Source: an uncultured virus (IMG/VR IMGVR_UViG_3300028920_000031) (Duplodnaviria; Heunggongvirae; Uroviricota; Caudoviricetes). From it: a stretch of DNA of 64,000 bases. Below are positions 59,087 to 64,000 of this stretch, piece by piece (within the stretch, counting starts at the first letter, position 1; every line of letters begins with the position of its first letter). The stretch is from IMG/VR virus record IMGVR_UViG_3300028920_000031; one strand, given 5' to 3'. The translations under genes were made by a program, and so were the position numbers. The notes below the pieces were generated by a model. The model made no database searches. It was given only the letters and a program-made list of their open reading frames with translations, and was not told the DNA's origin.

Positions 59087-59836
59087 TCATGCGTTTTCGA
59101 GCATTTCCCTGACTTTGTCGAGGTGTGCCCGGTCCTGCGGCTTGCCGCAGGTGTTCAGCTTCACGAACAGGCGCAGTATTTGTTCGCGCGTCGGGTTCTC
59201 GATCTCGGCAACCGAAACGATGTAGTTGTCGAAATGGCTTTGATCGCGGACCGTCATCTGGTGATAGGTCAGCCCTCGATACTCGAAACGGCCCTCGTAG
59301 AACTCGCACAAGGCGCTTAGGCGCTGTTTGCCGTCGACAATCTCGTACATCACGTCCTCGCTGTAGCCGCGATGCGCGAAGGTGAATTTGCCGATGTCGA
59401 CGTGCGTATAGATCGAGTGGATCAGGGCCACCTTGTCTTCGTGGTCCCAGACCAGTTCGCGCTGGTAGTCCGGCTCCATGTCGACGCCGAAGTGATAGTA
59501 CATGCCCAGGACGCCGCGAATGTCGCGTTGGCTGAAGCGCAAAAGGAGATCGTCGCGGTAGCTGAGCACCTTGGTGTCTTTCGGGATTGTCGGGCTCACG
59601 TCGCACCAGGCGACATAGACTTCGCCTTTGTCGACGAGAGTCTTGCCGCGCTTTTCCTGCTCGCTCATGCGGTGCACCTTCAGCACACGGCCCTCTTCGA
59701 GCACTTCAAGGACGCGCGTGTGCTGCCAGCCTCCATAGCGCACCGCCTCTCCCGGTTTGTATAGGATTGTCGGTTCGGGGATGTGTTCGTCCATCGTCGC
59801 ACTGTATTCGGGGGTTTTCGCCTTTTTGCGTTTCAT
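59087..59836 (-). CDS. DUF262 (GmrSD N-terminal/ParB-like) domain protein
   Basis: PDYQRELVW..LIHSI..EIVDGKQRL..FVKLN. Confidence 0.85.
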   Translation of the reverse strand: MKRKKAKTPEYSATMDEHIPEPTILYKPGEAVRYGGWQHTRVLEVLEEGRVLKVHRMSEQEKRGKTLVDKGEVYVAWCDVSPTIPKDTKVLSYRDDLLLRFSQRDIRGVLGMYYHFGVDMEPDYQRELVWDHEDKVALIHSIYTHVDIGKFTFAHRGYSEDVMYEIVDGKQRLSALCEFYEGRFEYRGLTYHQMTVRDQSHFDNYIVSVAEIENPTREQILRLFVKLNTCGKPQDRAHLDKVREMLENA

Positions 59837-59895
59837 TCCGCTAGTTCCTTTCTTTTCCGTACTATAGCATGTCTTTCATACATGTCAAGCCAATA

Positions 59896-59958
59896 TTGCC
59901 GAGTTTCTCGGCAAAGTTAGCTGTAATCCAGCCTCAACGTTGCCGAGATTCTCGGCAA
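59896..59958. repeat. 63-bp double-palindrome repeat, copy 3
   Basis: Two perfect TTGCCGAG-N3-CTCGGCAA palindromes. Confidence 0.95.
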
Positions 59959-60305
59959 TCCGCAGTTTCCGCCTCCATTCGTCCCAGCTTGTAGGCCAAG
60001 AGGCCCAGGGTCATTGTCAGCACATAAAGGGTTGTACAATTGTCGAGCACCATATGCCCGACGTCGCTCATGGCTTTTCTTGCCTCGACGGAATCCGTTC
60101 CGTTCTCCTCTATTGTCTTCAGGACTTCTTCCAGCCTTTCAGCGGCTGTTTCTACGGGCACGACGAGTTCGGCCCCCTCAAGGTAGTCCATGACAGTTGC
60201 CATGACATCCTTTACGCTTTCCGCGTGATTCGCAACAGTTTGGGCAAGATCTTCGGCCCGGCTGAACATGGCATGGCATTTCAGAGTGATTTCGGAATCG
60301 GTCAT
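59934..60305 (-). CDS. Hypothetical protein
   Basis: Ends ETADCRESRQR inside the repeat. Confidence 0.65.
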   Translation of the reverse strand: MTDSEITLKCHAMFSRAEDLAQTVANHAESVKDVMATVMDYLEGAELVVPVETAAERLEEVLKTIEENGTDSVEARKAMSDVGHMVLDNCTTLYVLTMTLGLLAYKLGRMEAETADCRESRQR

Positions 60306-60420
60306 TTGCTTTCCCGTCCGGATTTGCCGACGCTCTTTTGTCGGTCCGTTCGTTGCGTCGCGCCTTGTTCCTTCTTTCCGCAGGACGGCTGTGTCGCCGT
60401 CGGGGAGGTCGAGCCGGCGT

Positions 60421-60807
60421 CTAGATTTCGATCTCTTCGTCCGTTCGCAGCCTTGAGGCTTCCTTCAAGACTTCGAGCTCCTCTTCTGCAAGAGGGGAGT
60501 CGTCGACTGGCTCGGACGAGATCAGGGCGGTTAGAGTGATTTCCTGTCCGGCTTCAGGCGCCGTTCCGCCTATAAACCATTCTTTTCTGTAAGCTTGCCT
60601 CAGGGGTTTGCCGTCGATCTCGAAAACAATAAACACCTTGTCCTCGGTCACCTGGGTCACCTCTCCCGCCAGGGAGTCAATGGCATGGACTCTTTCTTCA
60701 CGCCTGTCCGTCAAAGTTGCCAGCAGTTCGGAAAGCGCCTTCAATTGCTGTGCAATTACAGCAAGCATTCTTTTCTCGACGCAGGTTTGCGGATCTGTAT
60801 CTTCCAT
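60421..60807 (-). CDS. Hypothetical protein
   Basis: 128-aa ORF. Confidence 0.6.
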   Translation of the reverse strand: MEDTDPQTCVEKRMLAVIAQQLKALSELLATLTDRREERVHAIDSLAGEVTQVTEDKVFIVFEIDGKPLRQAYRKEWFIGGTAPEAGQEITLTALISSEPVDDSPLAEEELEVLKEASRLRTDEEIEI

Positions 60808-60825
60808 GTCGGCTTCCTGTCTGTT

Positions 60826-60888
60826 TTGCCGAGTTTCTCGGCAAAGTTAGCTGTAATCCAGCCTCAGCGTTGCCGAGATTCTCGGCAA
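60826..60888. repeat. 63-bp double-palindrome repeat, copy 4
   Basis: As copy 3. Confidence 0.95.
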
Positions 60889-62015
60889 TTCGCAGTTTCC
60901 TCGCCTTGGCGTCCTTCGTGGCGTTGCGGGTAGTTGTCCGTTCCTGTTTTCTTTATGCCGAGATCTTCGCGCTTTTCTTTCAATCGTTGGATTTCTTTCA
61001 TCAGTACGCGATCGAGCTTTTTCTTGTTACTCCATCCGATCTTGGCATTGGGTTTCCTGACATGATAGACGATATTTCTTCCGATCTCAGCCAGCTTGGC
61101 CAGCTCTGCCAGTCGTTTCAGGGAGCTTCCGAGTTCCAGCGCTTTTGCGACGAGCCGCCTGGTTTCGTCTCCCGCCATGCGCGTTCCCGGGAACTTGATG
61201 TCTTTGCCGATTTTGTGGACGTATGCGGTGGAGATTCGAAGCATTTCGGCTATTTCCGCAATCGAATGGTTTTTGGCGAGTTTCTCGACTCTTTTTCTGT
61301 AGATCGACGCCTTTCTGGAGGGAATGCCGCGATTTTTGAGCGTCGTCCGCACTTGGCTGATGCTGCAGTTCGTCGCGGCGGCGATATTGCGGAGTTCTTC
61401 CAGTCCCTCCGTTCTTCTCCTGACGATGTCTTCCTGCACGTCCGCAGGGATTGTTCGCCGGGAATTTTTCGGGGGCGGGTCGAAGAGTCTTTCGTGTATG
61501 CTGACGATGTTTTTCAGGGATGTTTTGACAGTTTCCGGCCTGCCGACGTATTCGGCGGCTTTCACGACGGAGGGCTTGACTCGATATTTCCTGCAGTAGT
61601 TCAGGATTCTTTTTTTGAGTTCGTCGGTCGGGAATGTGCCGTCAATACCGTATTTCCCGATGATCTGGACTCCTCGTTCGCAGCAGATTCCGTGATCCTT
61701 GCAGATTCGGGTCAGCGACTTCTTGGCTTCGAGGAATTCGACGGCGATGTTCCGGTCTCGCTTCCCGTTTTTCGTTTTTCCCGGCTTTTCCGGTTTTCTC
61801 GGAAGGGACTCGTTTTTTTCGAGAATGAGCCGGATGCAGATTCTGGTGGCCTTGTTGAGTCGGCGGCCTGCCACGGCTCTTTCGACAGTTTGCGGCGCCA
61901 GCCCGTATTTTTCCCCGATTCTCGAGATGACAACGTCTTTTCTGCGGCAGTATTCCGCCAGTTTTTCCCTGTCTGCGGCAGTCAGCGGGGCTCGTCCGCG
62001 AATTTCGTCGGGCAT
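60864..62015 (-). CDS. Basic multi-HTH DNA-binding protein
   Basis: Several HTH-like segments (LRNIAAATNCSISQV, SIAEIAEMLRISTAYV). Confidence 0.7.
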   Translation of the reverse strand: MPDEIRGRAPLTAADREKLAEYCRRKDVVISRIGEKYGLAPQTVERAVAGRRLNKATRICIRLILEKNESLPRKPEKPGKTKNGKRDRNIAVEFLEAKKSLTRICKDHGICCERGVQIIGKYGIDGTFPTDELKKRILNYCRKYRVKPSVVKAAEYVGRPETVKTSLKNIVSIHERLFDPPPKNSRRTIPADVQEDIVRRRTEGLEELRNIAAATNCSISQVRTTLKNRGIPSRKASIYRKRVEKLAKNHSIAEIAEMLRISTAYVHKIGKDIKFPGTRMAGDETRRLVAKALELGSSLKRLAELAKLAEIGRNIVYHVRKPNAKIGWSNKKKLDRVLMKEIQRLKEKREDLGIKKTGTDNYPQRHEGRQGEETANCRESRQR

Positions 62016-62123
62016 GTCGTTCTCCTTGTATGCCCTACGATAGCATGTCATTCATGAATGTCAAGCCCTTTTCGCCGTTTTTCGGATGAACGCGGTTGTT
62101 GAGCCGCGTTGTGCGTTCGCCGT

Positions 62124-62708
62124 TCAATCTTTCGGTCCCGCCGCCCTGAACGAGACGTAGAGCGTGGCCTTCTTGGTTTTCGTGAACGCTCCGTCGAATT
62201 CTTCTCGGGAGACGTTTCCCAGCTCGGCCTGCTTCTTGATGGTTTCCAGGTCTGGCGACCCGACGCTCGCGATATGCGGCTCGAGCGCCTTTTCAAGGCC
62301 GTCCCACTTCGCCGCCTTCTTCTTGTCGAACTTCAGGATGCTTGCATACCGGTTTCCGAGCCTGGATCTCAGCTTTTCTTCGTCGTATTCGATGATTTCG
62401 GAGAGCCTCAGCCTGAGGACCGCCTTTTCTCCTCCGATCCTGACGGTTGCGGTTTTTCCTCCGGCTTCGAGCACGGCGACCCTGATTTCTTCCCTGAGCT
62501 GTTTTCTTTCCGCCTCGAGCTTCTTTTTCTCCTCGCTGACGGCATTGAGTTCGAACTCGGTTTTTCTGAGTTCCATGCACCGTTCTCGGAGGCTTTCGTC
62601 TTTGTCGAGCATTTCCGGCGCGTCAGACGACATCGTCCGGGATGCTTCGTTGTCGAGTTCGTCCGCGATCATCTTCGTCTCTTGCGTCGAATGTGGTTCG
62701 TCAGTCAT
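62124..62708 (-). CDS. Hypothetical coiled-coil phage protein
   Basis: 194-aa ORF. Confidence 0.7.
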   Translation of the reverse strand: MTDEPHSTQETKMIADELDNEASRTMSSDAPEMLDKDESLRERCMELRKTEFELNAVSEEKKKLEAERKQLREEIRVAVLEAGGKTATVRIGGEKAVLRLRLSEIIEYDEEKLRSRLGNRYASILKFDKKKAAKWDGLEKALEPHIASVGSPDLETIKKQAELGNVSREEFDGAFTKTKKATLYVSFRAAGPKD

Positions 62709-62985
62709 GTTGAGCCTCGGTTTTCGTTGGACGGATTATGCCAAGCTGTTTACAAACCTGCGCGGCCATGTCTCTCGCCCCTTTTTCGTCAATTTGCTCA
62801 AAGGCTGCCTCGGCTTTGTCCCAGCTTGCGTCCGTGTCGTCCTCCCATTGCAGGGCGCAGGAGCATACTCCCAGCTCTTCCGGGGAGAAAAACACCCGTA
62901 TTTCCGGGTTGCCGTCTTCGCCGGCGTCGATCTTCACCAGCACCTGATCTTTGTCCGTTCCGTACAATTTTGCAAACATCGTCAT
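62701..62985 (-). CDS. Hypothetical phage protein
   Basis: MFAKLY..QVLVKID; GGGAG RBS. Confidence 0.65.
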   Translation of the reverse strand: MTMFAKLYGTDKDQVLVKIDAGEDGNPEIRVFFSPEELGVCSCALQWEDDTDASWDKAEAAFEQIDEKGARDMAAQVCKQLGIIRPTKTEAQHD

Positions 62986-63068
62986 TCTCCCTTTTGCTTT
63001 TCGTTTTTCAATCGGAACAAGGCACTTTGCACTATTGTCGTTCCGCCGAAACATCAGTTTCGGCATTG

Positions 63069-63260
63069 TCACAAAGAATTTTCGTCAATCTTCTTGGCCT
63101 GTCTAATTAGCGAAATCATTGTTCTCCGCTGATTGGGCGGCAAGCGATCATTGCGCCAAGAAACCCCATCTTTGTCTCGCTTCTCGAAAAAGCCTCTCAT
63201 GGTCTTTGTGAGCCTTTCAATTTTTGCGTATTCGTGTTTCAATTCGTATTTCCTTTTCAT
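63069..63260 (-). CDS. Small hypothetical protein
   Basis: ATGA-coupled. Confidence 0.5.
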   Translation of the reverse strand: MKRKYELKHEYAKIERLTKTMRGFFEKRDKDGVSWRNDRLPPNQRRTMISLIRQAKKIDENSL

Positions 63261-63742
63261 TGCGGTTGTTCTGCGACGCTTTCCGCATTGCGGTCGAGGA
63301 CCTTCTGCAGGTAGAGGTCGAGGCCTTCGCGCACAGCCCATTTGGATGTTGCAAGTTCGGGGCACTTCCTGAGGTTGGCGAGCCAGTCGCCGAAGAATTT
63401 CCTGGTGAGTTTCGATTCCTTCTCGCAGGTGCCGTCCGGAAACAGCGCCTGTGCGACGACAGCGCTGCCGACCGCCTTTTGCCGAGGCGTTCGCTCCTTT
63501 GGGGCGTAGAGTTCGTGTACGGCGCGCTCAGCGGCGAGCCAGTTCTGTTTCGCTGTTTTCTTTTCGTCCTTCAGCCTTGTTGCGGCGATTCTGACGATTT
63601 CGGCCATGAGGTCGACGGCCATGTCGGGGTTCGCCTCGACGGCCTTGGCGCACAGGGTGAACAGGTCCTCCCGAAGTTCCCGTTCATTGTCCCGGTTCAG
63701 GAATTCGCGGATTCTCTTCTGTCTTTCAATGTATTTTTCCAT
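63257..63742 (-). CDS. Hypothetical protein (start uncertain)
   Basis: GGAG upstream of MEKYIER. Confidence 0.6.
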   Translation of the reverse strand: MEKYIERQKRIREFLNRDNERELREDLFTLCAKAVEANPDMAVDLMAEIVRIAATRLKDEKKTAKQNWLAAERAVHELYAPKERTPRQKAVGSAVVAQALFPDGTCEKESKLTRKFFGDWLANLRKCPELATSKWAVREGLDLYLQKVLDRNAESVAEQPQ

Positions 63743-64000
63743 GTCTTGTCCGGCTCCATTTTCGGACACGGGACGAATCTGATTCATTCCGGGGACGGCC
63801 GGAATTTTGCAGGTTCCTTGTAGCATGTGTCGGCATTGCGTTTCGGCCTTCCTTTGGCATCCAGGATTTCGAATTTGCGGGGTTGCAGAGAGACGCGCTT
63901 GCCCAGCAACATGCTGGCGATTTTTTCCGCCTCTCTCGAGGCTTCTTCGCGATCGTCCCTGCTGGCGAGGATGCATTCTTGCCCTCCCGAGGTGACCGCT

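Larger units (their letters stand above)
22755..62066 (-). promoter_or_regulatory. Dispersed family of about 25 sigma70-like promoters, TTGGCTTGACA-N16(ending TGC)-TAnnnT, often followed by an AACCCCGACAAAGGAGA leader/RBS
   Basis: + strand (T/C)GTCAAG at 22777, 25227, 27313, 28908, 30395, 31320, 32167, 32840, 35440, 35820, 36398, 37738, 38945, 40345, 40994, 42478, 43906, 48241, 48814, 49655, 52905, 56173, 59003, 59883, 62059. Confidence 0.9.

Noticed and set aside
59087..59836. Complete GmrSD type IV restriction system
   Set aside because: Only the DUF262 domain is present; no DUF1524/HNH partner nearby
56380..60888. Integron attC sites or CRISPR repeats
   Set aside because: GTTAGCT is internal rather than terminal, there is no RYYYAAC...GTTRRRY frame, copies are 0.9-2.6 kb apart, and no integrase is in the window
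1026..63132. Many long antisense or alternate-frame ORFs (e.g. 1026-2027, 9942-11084, 12629-13939, 16598-17839, 60717-62057)
   Set aside because: Shadow ORFs of high-GC genes; they lack RBS and motifs and overlap better-supported genes
1..64000. Genome-wide stop-codon reassignment
   Set aside because: Genes are intact under code 11; TAA, TAG and TGA all end genes at sensible positions, including coupled overlaps

Overview
GC-rich 64 kb segment that looks like the accessory part of a large dsDNA bacteriophage genome. It has no housekeeping operons and no capsid, terminase, polymerase or integrase gene. Two pilin-type leaders suggest a PVC-superphylum host (inference). 1-22 kb carries nucleotide, sugar, RNA-repair and DNA-repair enzymes plus about five ADP-ribosyltransferase (ART)-like proteins. 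Seven proteins share an N-terminal M[STN]W[LFM]xR[YC] tag and three share an MxIKTA...EW.xIGKxAGW leader. Most tagged genes lie behind a second promoter-like motif, AGG-N19-GWAWW (six sites, all with a 19-bp spacer), which suggests a late-expressed, virion-packaged effector set. 22.4-64 kb is an almost entirely minus-strand array of small hypothetical genes driven by about 25 copies of a TTGACA-N16-TAnnnT promoter/RBS cassette. It also contains 21-bp-phased operator-like pairs, two tandem duplications and a 63-bp double-palindrome repeat. Other notable elements are a complete tRNA with anticodon UUA (ochre suppressor) and a non-autonomous IS200/IS605 element that keeps a TnpB-type right end. 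All product calls come from motifs read by eye; no database search was run.
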